Shown: one piece after another, positions 1 through 9,064 of the stretch | Numbering within the stretch: the stretch's first letter is position 1 | How the letters are laid out: every line of letters begins with the position of its first letter | NCBI RefSeq assembly: GCF_000621645.1 | Contig: NZ_KK211324.1 | Coordinates: forward strand, 28,921-60,920 | Direction of reading: 5' to 3' | DNA: 32,000 bases | Source of the DNA: Vibrio cholerae ATCC 14035 | GTDB taxonomy: Bacteria; Pseudomonadota; Gammaproteobacteria; Enterobacterales; Vibrionaceae | Program-made: the position numbers and the translations under genes | Notes under the pieces: generated by a model | What the model saw: the letters and a program-made list of their open reading frames with translations, nothing else | What the model was told of the DNA's origin: nothing | Databases searched by the model: none

Positions 1-579
1 TTAGAAACACCCCCACCTGCGTGGGGAAGACCTTCGAAAAACTTACGCAGCGTTTTATCAACCGGAAACACCCCCACCTGCGTGGGGAAGACGAACGTTA
101 GCGCAGGCTTGCCCGTTGTATTCGGGAAACACCCCCACCTGCGTGGGGAAGACCAGCGCTTGCAGGATGTGCGAGAAGTATTTTGAGAAACACCCCCACC
201 TGCGTGGGGAAGACTGTGGTCAAAGAGTGGGGCAATTCAATGCAATAGAAACACCCCCACCTGCGTGGGGAAGACAGGCGATTGATGGCCTCTGTTGAAT
301 TGCTTTGGGAAACACCCCCACCTGCGTGGGGAAGACATAGGATTGCTCTCCATTTTTATTGCTGCTTGGGAAACACCCCCACCTGCGTGGGGAAGACCTC
401 GATCACGTCTTTTGGTAGCAAATTTCCTTGGAAACACCCCCACCTGCGTGGGGAAGACTGACCAAGCGCATCCGCTGATATCACGAATGTAGAAACACCC
501 CACCTGCGTGGGGAAGACAACATCTTTGGACCCATCACCTCTACAGAAGCGGAAACACCCCCACCTGCGTGGGGAAGAC
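1..579 (-). CRISPR. Type I-E CRISPR array: 10 repeats and 9 complete 33-bp spacers, truncated by the window start
   Basis: The repeat is GAAACACCCCCACCTGCGTGGGGAAGAC on the + strand and GTCTTCCCCACGCAGGTGGGGGTGTTTC on the - strand. Copies start at 4, 65, 126, 187, 248, 309, 370, 431, 492 and 552, a 61-bp period. The repeat contains the stem CCCCAC/GTGGGG. The minus-strand form has the same layout as the E. coli I-E repeat (TTCCCC, stem, G-run, tail) and matches the direction of the adjacent cas operon. The repeat at 492-518 is 27 bp, with one C missing. Confidence 0.98.
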
Positions 580-622
580 ACCAATATATTGTTAAAGAGC
601 ACAGTAATAAACCCATATATTG
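580..622 (-). promoter_or_regulatory. CRISPR leader: the whole 43-bp gap between the cas2 stop codon and the first repeat
   Basis: The segment is AT-rich and lies between the cas2 stop (623-625) and the cas-proximal repeat (552-579). It is bracketed by the 11-bp direct repeat CC[A/C]ATATATTG at 581-591 and 612-622. No promoter was identified. The leader call rests on position and repeat orientation only. Confidence 0.6.
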
Positions 623-913
623 CTATTTTGACAAAATAAGGGTTTCGACAATCAACTGTAATCCAGAGAGCTGAATCACGGGTTTGCGCACTTCACCTTT
701 GTAACGAATCTCATAACCAGGGGGATCTGGAATACTGCGAAATAACATCAAGCCCGATTCTGCTGGGCAATGCTGCATTAAGTAGTCGACAACCGTCACT
801 GCAACGGAATCTTTTACGCCAGAAACAAACACATTGGCTCTGGGTTCAACAAACCATAGCTTCATACGCCCTCTGACTGCCGGGGGTAAATCATTTGCTA
901 GTACGACGAGCAT
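623..913 (-). CDS. cas2: CRISPR-associated endoribonuclease Cas2 (I-E type)
   Basis: 96 aa. The N-terminus MLVVLANDLPPAVRGRMKLWFVEPRANVFVSG resembles E. coli Cas2 ([31 protein letters not shown]). It overlaps the cas1 3' end by 23 nt and is the last gene before the array. Confidence 0.93.
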   Translation of the reverse strand: MLVVLANDLPPAVRGRMKLWFVEPRANVFVSGVKDSVAVTVVDYLMQHCPAESGLMLFRSIPDPPGYEIRYKGEVRKPVIQLSGLQLIVETLILSK

Positions 914-1766
914 TTCCCCCTCCCATCAACTCATTGATATCCGAGGAGACTTGTTGTAACAGATCCATGCTGATAACCCGTTTTCGAAACGCATCAGAGA
1001 CCTTGTGTTTGTCATAGTGACCTGCCATATCTCGTGTAAGTGAGAAAGCTAAATCAATACAAAGGTGTTCTTTGTAAAGATCTGCCATGTCATACACAAA
1101 AGGTAATGGGCTGCCCGAATGGATAAATCCAATATGTGGTGAGTAGCCCATTGAGTGGATAGCTGAACACAAAATGCCATACAAGGCAGCATTGCTAGCC
1201 GTCATGATTTGATTGGTAAGATCACTTAAAGAAAACTTACCTGGCGTAAACTGTCGCCCTCTCCAGCCGACACCATACTGCTCGGCCTTTTGTTGATAGA
1301 GCGCTTTTACACGGTTTCCTTCCATCCCCATCATGCTTTTTAGGGTTTTGTCTTCAAGGTCTGCATCAGGAAAACGCTTAGCGAACATCATGCGTGCCAC
1401 TTTCAATGCACTCTCTTCGCTGGCCGCTAACAACATCTGCTTCTTTAGATTTCTTGTGTCTGCAGTGGGAAGAAAACCAGCTGCATAAAACAGTAAACTA
1501 TCCTCCCCCACCCAACTGATGGAACAGTTTGCCGCAGTTGCGGTTTTGATTGCGTCATGAGTTACACTGGTTCCCGGACCTAGTAGCAATGTGTTAATCG
1601 TTGCTACTGGAATCGGGACTATGTTGGCATCGGCATCAATCCACTTGACACTACTGTCGTCAATTTCCAGCCGTCCTCGTTCAAGATAAATAAAGGGATA
1701 TTTATCTTTCACTTGGGGCAAGGATTCACGCGTTACTTTAACAAACAGCCGCTCTCCCTTTGCCAT
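891..1766 (-). CDS. cas1: CRISPR-associated integrase Cas1 (I-E type)
   Basis: 291 aa. It is collinear with E. coli Cas1 (for example GFIHSGSPLPFVYDMADLYK versus GFVHTGKPLSFVYDIADIIK) and lies between cas5 and cas2. Confidence 0.95.
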   Translation of the reverse strand: MAKGERLFVKVTRESLPQVKDKYPFIYLERGRLEIDDSSVKWIDADANIVPIPVATINTLLLGPGTSVTHDAIKTATAANCSISWVGEDSLLFYAAGFLPTADTRNLKKQMLLAASEESALKVARMMFAKRFPDADLEDKTLKSMMGMEGNRVKALYQQKAEQYGVGWRGRQFTPGKFSLSDLTNQIMTASNAALYGILCSAIHSMGYSPHIGFIHSGSPLPFVYDMADLYKEHLCIDLAFSLTRDMAGHYDKHKVSDAFRKRVISMDLLQQVSSDINELMGGGNARRTSK

Positions 1767-1768
1767 TG

Positions 1769-2485
1769 TTAGTGCTCCAATAACGTCACACGCCGATCTC
1801 GATAACGTTTAGACACGCCAAATTGCACGGGAACATCATTAAGAGTGAACACTTCTCCGCCCTCCTGCTCACCTTCGACAATGGTATAACTCAAGTGACG
1901 GCATTTATTCTCCGCCAGCTCTTGCGCACGCTGCCTTGCTGTCTCAGTTGAATGATAAACACCTTGGTAGATTAGCTCTGTCGGTACGCAGTTTTTACGG
2001 CCAAGGTAGAGATCCCATCTTGGATTCTGTAGCGCATCCTCCAAAGCTTCCTTGTCATCAGCAGGAATTTCTAGAATCACTGCAAAGAGGGCATCTTGCA
2101 GGTAATAACGATAAGTCATTTTAGTACCTGCCCCATTAGGCTTCTTTCCCTGTGCTGTTTTAGGAATGAGCAAATTTTGCCAAGGGTCAGCATCATCATA
2201 ACCGCTGCCTACCATGTGGAAATCTCTCAATGTAGCTTCCCGCATTATCGGTTCTCCCTCAGCATCGCTACGCTCAAAGGCTAAAACCTCCATCGCCATG
2301 GGCGACATTTTTTCTAACCACTCACGTTGCTCACCACCAGCTCCACGGGCACAACAAAGCAAGCCCAAGATCCCCGAACGAGTCGGGAAATTAAGTGTAT
2401 TGCGTACTCCAAACTTAGAATCGTGCCCCCACGCTTGCAATGGTCCTTCCAACCACAGGAGCAAATAGGCGTTTTTTTCGCACAT
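1769..2485 (-). CDS. cas5: Cascade subunit Cas5e (CasD)
   Basis: 238 aa. The N-terminus YLLLWLEGPLQAWGHDS...FPTRSGILGLLCCARG matches the CasD signature (LRLAGPMQAWG...FPTRSGLLGLLGACLG). Confidence 0.92.
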   Translation of the reverse strand: MCEKNAYLLLWLEGPLQAWGHDSKFGVRNTLNFPTRSGILGLLCCARGAGGEQREWLEKMSPMAMEVLAFERSDAEGEPIMREATLRDFHMVGSGYDDADPWQNLLIPKTAQGKKPNGAGTKMTYRYYLQDALFAVILEIPADDKEALEDALQNPRWDLYLGRKNCVPTELIYQGVYHSTETARQRAQELAENKCRHLSYTIVEGEQEGGEVFTLNDVPVQFGVSKRYRDRRVTLLEH

Positions 2486-2488
2486 GAC

Positions 2489-3532
2489 TTACCTCACCAT
2501 TAAGTGAGATTGAAGATCGGCAATCAAATGATCAATGCTGTAGTCTAAGTCATCACCCCATTCATAATCGCCCTGCTTCGCAAATAGAGAACCGGAGAGT
2601 TTTTCACGCTGCTCTAGCCAGTTTTGAAGTGCTTTTTTACTCGGTAATAAATACCCTTCCCCTGCAGCACGAACAGGTTGTTCAAACGAGGCTTGTAGGC
2701 GTTGTCCTTTACGCACCAATACGCGAGCATATTCCCAAGGACAAGCGCCTGATTGCGTGGTTTGACGAGCATTAGGCACCGCAACATAAAGTGCTTTAAC
2801 AAACGCTTCGAGCGCGGTACTGAGATCGGCATCATCACCGAGCGTTTGTTGAAGTTGACCCAAATCTAAACTGACATAGCGGTAATAGGTTGCAGAGTTA
2901 TACTCCAAAGTGCCCATGTGTGCAGAGCCACTTTCTTCTTCACTTTTATGGTCATCAACTGCGGTAAAAAATTCTAACTCGTTGCTGACTTTATGTGTTG
3001 AGATGGCATGAGCAAATGAGGCGGCCGCTTCGACATTCATTTCAGCAGCTTTTGCGACCATCCGACCAAACAAGGCAATATCGAGCGCATCAAGCGTCTT
3101 ATTCACAACTTTTTTAGCCACTTTTACTAACTCTTTGTCTTTGAGTGATTTGGCGTCAAACTCTTTTTCTTGTGCATACGCGGCAAAGGCTTTTGCTTCA
3201 CTGTCACTAATAAACAACAAGGTATCGTCAGCAAAAAATCCAGCCATCACCTCGCCACATGCGTTGGCTTGATCTTCACTCGCCCCCAAAGATAAACAGT
3301 GCTGTTGCAACAGTGCAGCGACTTTTTTACTGCGCACACCCAACTGAATACCAAACTCCGACATGGCCAACCTAACCTGGCGCTTCCAACATTGAGAGGA
3401 GACTCGCGCTCTCGAAACACCACCAACAATGGCTGATTTCGGCGCGCCGACATCGTCTCGATTTAAGCAAGTGACCGGGAATGACTGTAAAATATGGAAC
3501 TCAATGCGCGTATTTTTTAGTGTGTGGTTCAT
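2489..3532 (-). CDS. cas7: Cascade backbone subunit Cas7e (CasC)
   Basis: 347 aa. IEFHILQSFPVTCLNRDDVGAPKSAIVGGVSRARVSSQCWKR parallels E. coli CasC (IHVLISHSPSCLNRDD...AIFGGKRRVRISSQSLKR). Confidence 0.92.
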   Translation of the reverse strand: MNHTLKNTRIEFHILQSFPVTCLNRDDVGAPKSAIVGGVSRARVSSQCWKRQVRLAMSEFGIQLGVRSKKVAALLQQHCLSLGASEDQANACGEVMAGFFADDTLLFISDSEAKAFAAYAQEKEFDAKSLKDKELVKVAKKVVNKTLDALDIALFGRMVAKAAEMNVEAAASFAHAISTHKVSNELEFFTAVDDHKSEEESGSAHMGTLEYNSATYYRYVSLDLGQLQQTLGDDADLSTALEAFVKALYVAVPNARQTTQSGACPWEYARVLVRKGQRLQASFEQPVRAAGEGYLLPSKKALQNWLEQREKLSGSLFAKQGDYEWGDDLDYSIDHLIADLQSHLMVR

Positions 3533-3553
3533 CTTTATTATCCTTAAATCAGA

Positions 3554-4201
3554 TCAGGCAAATGGATTTTCTATGATTGGTACGATTTGCAGTAAGCCGC
3601 AGCCAAATGCCCGACCTTTACCAATGCCATGTTTAAAACTGTGGTGAAATTGCGGTTCATTCGTCACGCGGAGTTGCCCTTGAATATGAGCTTTTCCGAG
3701 GGTGATCTTACGGCCGTGTTTATCGTTGAATTGCTGTACCTCAATGCTATCGATTTGCAGATGCTGTGGATGCACTTCAAAGCCCCAACTTTTCGCGGCC
3801 CTTTCAATAAACCATTGAGCGATATCTTGGCGACCTTTCACCGCAATACGTTTACCACTTTGCTTGTCTTTCCTGACGGGATTAACTTGCACTTTAAAAC
3901 GGTAAGTTTGATGGTGGAGAAACGCTTCAGAAATTGTCTTGCTCACTACTTCACCGTGTACACCATCTACACTAGCGTTCGGCATACGATCCGAAACCAC
4001 CAGCACTTTGCGGCCATGAAAATCGCCCCCTTGATCGGCATAGACAATCCCACTTTGCGTATGACCTCCTTTTTCCTCAGGTGATCTCACATCCGGGAAA
4101 AGGCTATAAACCACTCGATGTAGGGAGTAGGCATCCGTTATCTTCAGCGCCTTAACCGCGCGTCTATCTAAGTGGAGGGCACTGGCAAACAGCTCACTCA
4201 T
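3554..4201 (-). CDS. cas6e: crRNA endoribonuclease Cas6e (CasE)
   Basis: 215 aa. The C-terminal glycine-rich motif GIGKGRAFGCGLLQIVP matches CasE GIGPAKSMGCGLLSLAP. It overlaps the cse2 stop by 8 nt. Confidence 0.9.
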   Translation of the reverse strand: MSELFASALHLDRRAVKALKITDAYSLHRVVYSLFPDVRSPEEKGGHTQSGIVYADQGGDFHGRKVLVVSDRMPNASVDGVHGEVVSKTISEAFLHHQTYRFKVQVNPVRKDKQSGKRIAVKGRQDIAQWFIERAAKSWGFEVHPQHLQIDSIEVQQFNDKHGRKITLGKAHIQGQLRVTNEPQFHHSFKHGIGKGRAFGCGLLQIVPIIENPFA

Positions 4202-4754
4202 AGTTCACCTCATGGGCCTGGGTGCTGGCAGATCGACGATAGAAATCCTGCGCCCAGCGTGCACGAATCGAGTCTTGCGCTTTGCCGTGATACCAGAGCA
4301 GTTGTTCCAGTAGCTGGTGGTAATTCAATGCAACGCCTTTGCTTTCAATCAAAGTAAGTAGCGGGCGCAGAATACGGCACACTTCTGTCGAACTCGAACA
4401 CGCTAGCAAGCGACGTAAACGTGCTTTGGCTTGCTCGGACTGATTCCCATCGTCATAGCAAGCAGCTATCGCCTGTCCAAGGGTAAGATGGCCGTTACTT
4501 TTCGGTTTTGCCTTAGCAAGCGCCGCCCCAACAATACAATAGGGCAGGCGCTCCCACTCTTTTTCTAAATCGACGTCGAAGCTCGCTAATAACTCCCAAC
4601 TTTGGTACTCGGTAGTCTGGTTGTCCGCTCGTTTCAAACGAGCCGCAAACCCTTTGTCTTTTTGAATTCGCTCAATAACATAAGTGATAAATCGACCTGT
4701 TTTGGATGTCTGAGCAACGGCGCTATCACGCGTTACCACAGGATTGTTGTCCAT
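4194..4754 (-). CDS. cse2: Cascade small subunit Cse2 (CasB/Cas11e)
   Basis: The ORF track gives 4194-4820. I place the start at the ATG at 4754 (MDNNPVV...), which is preceded by AAGGAG and avoids overlap with cse1. The size (about 186 aa), helical composition and position after cse1 fit Cse2. I did not recognise a specific motif. Confidence 0.8.
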   Translation of the reverse strand: MDNNPVVTRDSAVAQTSKTGRFITYVIERIQKDKGFAARLKRADNQTTEYQSWELLASFDVDLEKEWERLPYCIVGAALAKAKPKSNGHLTLGQAIAACYDDGNQSEQAKARLRRLLACSSSTEVCRILRPLLTLIESKGVALNYHQLLEQLLWYHGKAQDSIRARWAQDFYRRSASTQAHEVNYE

Positions 4755-4767
4755 TGTGGCGTACTCC

Positions 4768-6291
4768 TTATTCGACGTTGAGGTATTGATGATAATTTGG
4801 CCGAAACTGAGCCCAAGCATCTAACTGCCGGGTGCTGTCGTTCGGGCATACTTGGTCAAAGACTCGCAAGGCATATCCAGCGAAGATCTTTCGTAGACGT
4901 TGGCGTTCAATTTTGGCATCGATGTCATCGTTGCAAGCATCTAACAAGGCTTGCGCCTGTCTCTCACACAACTGCCAAAATAAATGGGTAGCTCGCTCTG
5001 CTTGATTCGCCACAAAAGGCTGTGCTTTCCCTGCACTGCTTTTGTCTATATCAGAAAGCTGTCTAAAATAACGGACGACAGCACCCCATAAGGTTTTTTG
5101 AAGTGCACTAAGCTCCGACATTTCCTGTTTGAGTTGGGCAAGGAAAGAATCGCCTAATTCACTCGACAGTAACCAAAACTCTGACTGAACATAATCATCG
5201 GTGCCGGATGCATATTGTTCACCGGCATTACTGCTCACTCGCAGCCCACCCGACCAGATGGCAAAACTCTCAACCCCATATTTGACTCGCCTGATGGTTC
5301 GTGCCAATTGCGGCGTCTCATAACCAATGCTTTTTCCGCTTTCGATAAACTGCAACAAAGCGGTCAGTTCTCGCCATGGTCTTTTATCAGGATTGACCCA
5401 CAATGCCTTCAGTTTCTTTTGGGAGAAGTCGACCGATGCGCTAGGATCGGCTTTACCCTCTAGGTAGCTCGGATGTGCGATACCATCGGAGTAGTGAATA
5501 CCGTTATCTGTCAGCAAACAGAACTTACCTAATGGCACAAGCCGACCCATCAGCGACGTTTTTAAGGCCTCGGCTACAGAATCCGCTTCTCCACTTGGCA
5601 TCAGTTCCCACGGAGCTGTACCTAGAATGGAATACATCGGCAAATCGCCAATGTCTTCTTGAGTCAAAAGATTGAGCCAAAGGCTCTCAACCACCGATTC
5701 GGCTAACCAAAAAGAGTGCAACAACCCCATATGACCAACGGCAGATCCGGCTTTACCACTTGCCGCTTTACCTTTGTCATTGTATTTCCCTTGATAACCG
5801 GGAGATAAGACCACTGAGTTATCGGTTTTCTTACCACTCAATCCAAAAGCCATCTGCACGACAAGCAAAAGGGCTTTATCCGCATCACTATGGGCCTGCT
5901 CTTGTTGAGACTCGGTGAGAACCGTAGTATTGCCTGTGCTGACCTCAGGTGAGAGCACACCAAAAGATTTTACCTCCGCACTCTGGATGGCAGGCATCTG
6001 TAAAAATGGCATATTGCCGTACAAGTAAAATCGGTTATGCCACTGGTCTAAATAGCTCAGGCACTTATCCGCCATACCTAAATAGCCCATACGTCGCCAA
6101 TCTTCATCATCTTCTGGCGTAGCCGCAGATTGAGCAATCGCCAACAACAATTTAGTCAGCGCTATTTTTTGCACGGGATTCCCCCCCAAAGAACGTAGAG
6201 CGTTGTTTAGAAAAATCTCACGCAAACTCACCAGCCCAGCATTTGTAACTGGTATCCAGGGCTCATCAATCAAATTAAAGCAATTTTCCAT
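4768..6291 (-). CDS. cse1: Cascade large subunit Cse1 (CasA/Cas8e)
   Basis: 507 aa. The N-terminus FNLIDEPWIPV matches CasA NLLIDNWIPV. It lies directly downstream of cas3. Confidence 0.9.
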   Translation of the reverse strand: MENCFNLIDEPWIPVTNAGLVSLREIFLNNALRSLGGNPVQKIALTKLLLAIAQSAATPEDDEDWRRMGYLGMADKCLSYLDQWHNRFYLYGNMPFLQMPAIQSAEVKSFGVLSPEVSTGNTTVLTESQQEQAHSDADKALLLVVQMAFGLSGKKTDNSVVLSPGYQGKYNDKGKAASGKAGSAVGHMGLLHSFWLAESVVESLWLNLLTQEDIGDLPMYSILGTAPWELMPSGEADSVAEALKTSLMGRLVPLGKFCLLTDNGIHYSDGIAHPSYLEGKADPSASVDFSQKKLKALWVNPDKRPWRELTALLQFIESGKSIGYETPQLARTIRRVKYGVESFAIWSGGLRVSSNAGEQYASGTDDYVQSEFWLLSSELGDSFLAQLKQEMSELSALQKTLWGAVVRYFRQLSDIDKSSAGKAQPFVANQAERATHLFWQLCERQAQALLDACNDDIDAKIERQRLRKIFAGYALRVFDQVCPNDSTRQLDAWAQFRPNYHQYLNVE

Positions 6292-6293
6292 CC

Positions 6294-8906
6294 TTATTCC
6301 TTTTGTACAATGACTCGGTAGCCCAGATCGTGTCGGTATTCCAACTGATATTTGTCGCTGGCTCTGCGCCCATCCAACGTTAGCAACTCCCCTACGGGGC
6401 TAACTAAAGCAATTCTGAGTAACGCCTCATCTTCCTCCGGATTACCGAGATAAAAAACATGATGTAAATGCAGTTGCTCAAGTTGGTGTTTGGATATTTT
6501 GTCTGGACAATTTTTGGGGCTCACTTTGACCAGAGACTGGTGAAGCTCAACAGCCAGTTCTCGCCATTGTGCTTTGCTTAATTGGTAGCGAGCATGCGGC
6601 AAGATCAATTCACGGTTATCCAACAATCGTATGTAGGTATGACCCTCACTAGTGCGAATAGCTCGTAGAAGCAATACTTCATAAGTATCTTGATCGCTAT
6701 AGCGGGTATCGGCTTTATGTTCGGGTAAGGTTTTTCCCGCCTTTGCTAAGGTGATTTTGGCTAATGCTTGCAGCGCTTTTTCACCTGTTTTATACCGTGA
6801 GCCTGCTTTGAGCTGGTGGAGTAAAAATGCCCACTGTGCTGACTCATCACGCTCGCAGTAGGTTTGATCAATCAGTGGGCGGATGCTGGAAGGCAGCGCA
6901 AGGTGAGATAGACCAAGCCATACTTCCAAACTGCGGCACAACACATAGGGCGAATAGACCATAGCACTAAGACCAAAGGCAGAAGAGGGCGAACTCAGTG
7001 CTTGTTCTAGGTTGGGAGCCAACAACCAACACTCACAACGTGCTGATGTCGCTCTAGGAGCATCAAGATGACGCCATAACCGACCAATTCGCTGCAACAA
7101 CATATCGGTCGGAGCAAATTGGGTAATCAAAAAATCAGCATCTATGTCAATCGATTGTTCGAGAACTTGAGTTCCAATTAAGATACGACCACATTGCCGA
7201 CGCTGCGACCAACCCGCTTTACCAAAGAGACTCACCCAGTGCTGTTCATTCTTCTCTCTATCTTGCGGAGTAAATCTTGAATGCAATAATCCCACTTCAC
7301 AGCCTAAACCCACGCCTCTGCTCGCCATATCTAAATAGCGCTGTTGGGCATCTGCCACGGTATTCTCAATCCACAATACTTGTTGCCCCATAGCTGCACG
7401 GTTTATCGCCTCTTCGATAGCTTGCAAGTCGTTGGAGCAATGTGTCAGTTCCACCTTTGCGCCATCGACGCAGGGAATAGCAACTTCGCTGGGAGAATCC
7501 CTGTCATTATGCAATGCGGTAATTAATGGATACTCAGAACTGGAAGTGCGTTGTTGTAGTAGGGAGTGACGGCGAGCAGGGCTCAACGTGGCACTTAATA
7601 TAATGACGGTACAGCCAATTTGCCGAAGAAACGCCACCAGCTCATTTAAGATGGTGCCTGTGTAGAGATCATAGCTATGGACTTCATCAAGGATCACCAC
7701 CTTGCCAGCGAGCCCAAAAGCTCTCACAAAACCATGTTTTACATTCATCACGGCCATTAGCGCCTGATCAATAGTCCCAACAGCAAAAGGCGCTAAAAGA
7801 CCTCTCTTGTTGTGATTAAACCAAGCGCCACCTGGACTGCCCTCTTCACCCATATCTGCTTGTTTCAGCAACCATGCACCAGAGTGAAGTAACATTGCAC
7901 GGTTCGGTGTTTCAGCCGCGATAATTTGTTCTAGAAATGAATTAAAACGGTCATAAATTTTATTAGAGGTCAGTTGTGTCGGTAGCGCAAAATAAATCCC
8001 AGTGGCTTTGGCTTCAGCAAGCAATCGATAGGCGGCGTAGAGTGCAGCCTCAGTTTTTCCCATTCCCATCTGCGCTTCAAGCACATACACACCAGGACCT
8101 GTAACCTGATTGACAAACTGAATCTGGGCCTCTCTGGGTTTCATGTTACGTTTAGCTGGATCGAAAATATCAGTAAAAGACATGTCTTTGATAATTGAGG
8201 GCGTTATGAAACCAGCACAATTTAGCGCTTTAATAACATTAGGTTTCCATGCTTGAGTGGGATCTTCAAAAAAGCTGCCGGAGCCAATCCAATCCGCAAC
8301 AGAGGTTAAACCAGCAACAACTCTAGCTTGTTCTGCTCGCTCAAATTTAGGCCACTCCGTGTTCAATACTTCCTTTAGATGGTTCACCAGTTTACGGCGT
8401 TCCTCAAACCACGACTCTCCGCCAAATACCGCCGCATTTCCTCGCTTATCATCAACACCACTTGGGCTAAAGCCATGATGTTGTCCAAGGATATGCGCAA
8501 CGTACTTGGGCGCCATGATTTCTTCTGCGGTCGCTTGGCTTACACCTGCATGGCCACCCCATTGCGATTCCAGAGACGGATTCACATTAGCTAAAGCGGG
8601 TAGCGTTTGAGTATCGATTCCACACGCTTTAAAAATCTTGGCAACAAACGTTGGGCTGACTTTGCCAATATCATGGCAAGCTGCAGCCAACTCACTCCCA
8701 ACAGGAAATAAGATTCTCTGTATTGCGGGAGGAAATCGTTGAATCAGCACTTTGGCAATTTCACCAACAATTTGGCAATGTTCAGGGACATTACGTCCAG
8801 GAATCACTACACCTTTTACCTGCTGCCAGGTTTTGGCTGGGCATCGTTCGAAGTCGATGGCAGAAATCTCAATCTTCCCCGTGTTTCTTTTATTTCGCCC
8901 TCTCAC
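6294..8906 (-). CDS. cas3: Cas3 HD-nuclease/helicase (type I signature protein)
   Basis: 870 aa. It has N-terminal HD residues (EHCQIVGE...AACHDIGK), a Walker A motif (EAQMGMGKTEAAL) and a DEAD/H-like box (VILDEVHSYD). It has a GTG start at 8906 with GGAG 8 nt upstream. Confidence 0.95.
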   Translation of the reverse strand: MRGRNKRNTGKIEISAIDFERCPAKTWQQVKGVVIPGRNVPEHCQIVGEIAKVLIQRFPPAIQRILFPVGSELAAACHDIGKVSPTFVAKIFKACGIDTQTLPALANVNPSLESQWGGHAGVSQATAEEIMAPKYVAHILGQHHGFSPSGVDDKRGNAAVFGGESWFEERRKLVNHLKEVLNTEWPKFERAEQARVVAGLTSVADWIGSGSFFEDPTQAWKPNVIKALNCAGFITPSIIKDMSFTDIFDPAKRNMKPREAQIQFVNQVTGPGVYVLEAQMGMGKTEAALYAAYRLLAEAKATGIYFALPTQLTSNKIYDRFNSFLEQIIAAETPNRAMLLHSGAWLLKQADMGEEGSPGGAWFNHNKRGLLAPFAVGTIDQALMAVMNVKHGFVRAFGLAGKVVILDEVHSYDLYTGTILNELVAFLRQIGCTVIILSATLSPARRHSLLQQRTSSSEYPLITALHNDRDSPSEVAIPCVDGAKVELTHCSNDLQAIEEAINRAAMGQQVLWIENTVADAQQRYLDMASRGVGLGCEVGLLHSRFTPQDREKNEQHWVSLFGKAGWSQRRQCGRILIGTQVLEQSIDIDADFLITQFAPTDMLLQRIGRLWRHLDAPRATSARCECWLLAPNLEQALSSPSSAFGLSAMVYSPYVLCRSLEVWLGLSHLALPSSIRPLIDQTYCERDESAQWAFLLHQLKAGSRYKTGEKALQALAKITLAKAGKTLPEHKADTRYSDQDTYEVLLLRAIRTSEGHTYIRLLDNRELILPHARYQLSKAQWRELAVELHQSLVKVSPKNCPDKISKHQLEQLHLHHVFYLGNPEEDEALLRIALVSPVGELLTLDGRRASDKYQLEYRHDLGYRVIVQKE

Positions 8907-9010
8907 TATTTTCTCCGATATCTCGAACCCAACAACTTATCTGATACGGCCAGGTTCTGACTGTGCACAACCTAAAACTAATAATGACGTATCGAATCAG
9001 CTCACAAACC

Positions 9011-9064
9011 GATATGCATACAATAGATATTCAAACACTACAATTTTAGTGATATGCATCCAAT
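9011..9064. repeat. Pair of 14-bp direct repeats GATATGCAT[A/C]CAAT in the cas3 upstream region
   Basis: The copies at 9011-9024 and 9051-9064 are 13/14 identical and 40 bp apart. Each contains the palindrome ATGCAT. They lie about 105-160 bp upstream of the cas3 start, in an AT-rich intergenic region. Confidence 0.6.

Noticed and set aside
32-551. Self-targeting by CRISPR spacers against sequences in this window.
   Set aside because: Scanning by eye found only short chance matches. For example, the 10 nt TGACCAAGCG is shared between spacer 459-491 and gntR. A proper alignment search is needed, so nothing is claimed.
116-616. Five ORFs of 60-121 aa on both strands across the CRISPR array (116-298, 237-602, 295-492, 356-616 and others).
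   Set aside because: Their peptides are periodic translations of the repeat (HPHLRGED, TPPPAWGR, FPTQVGVF). They are artefacts of the array, not genes.
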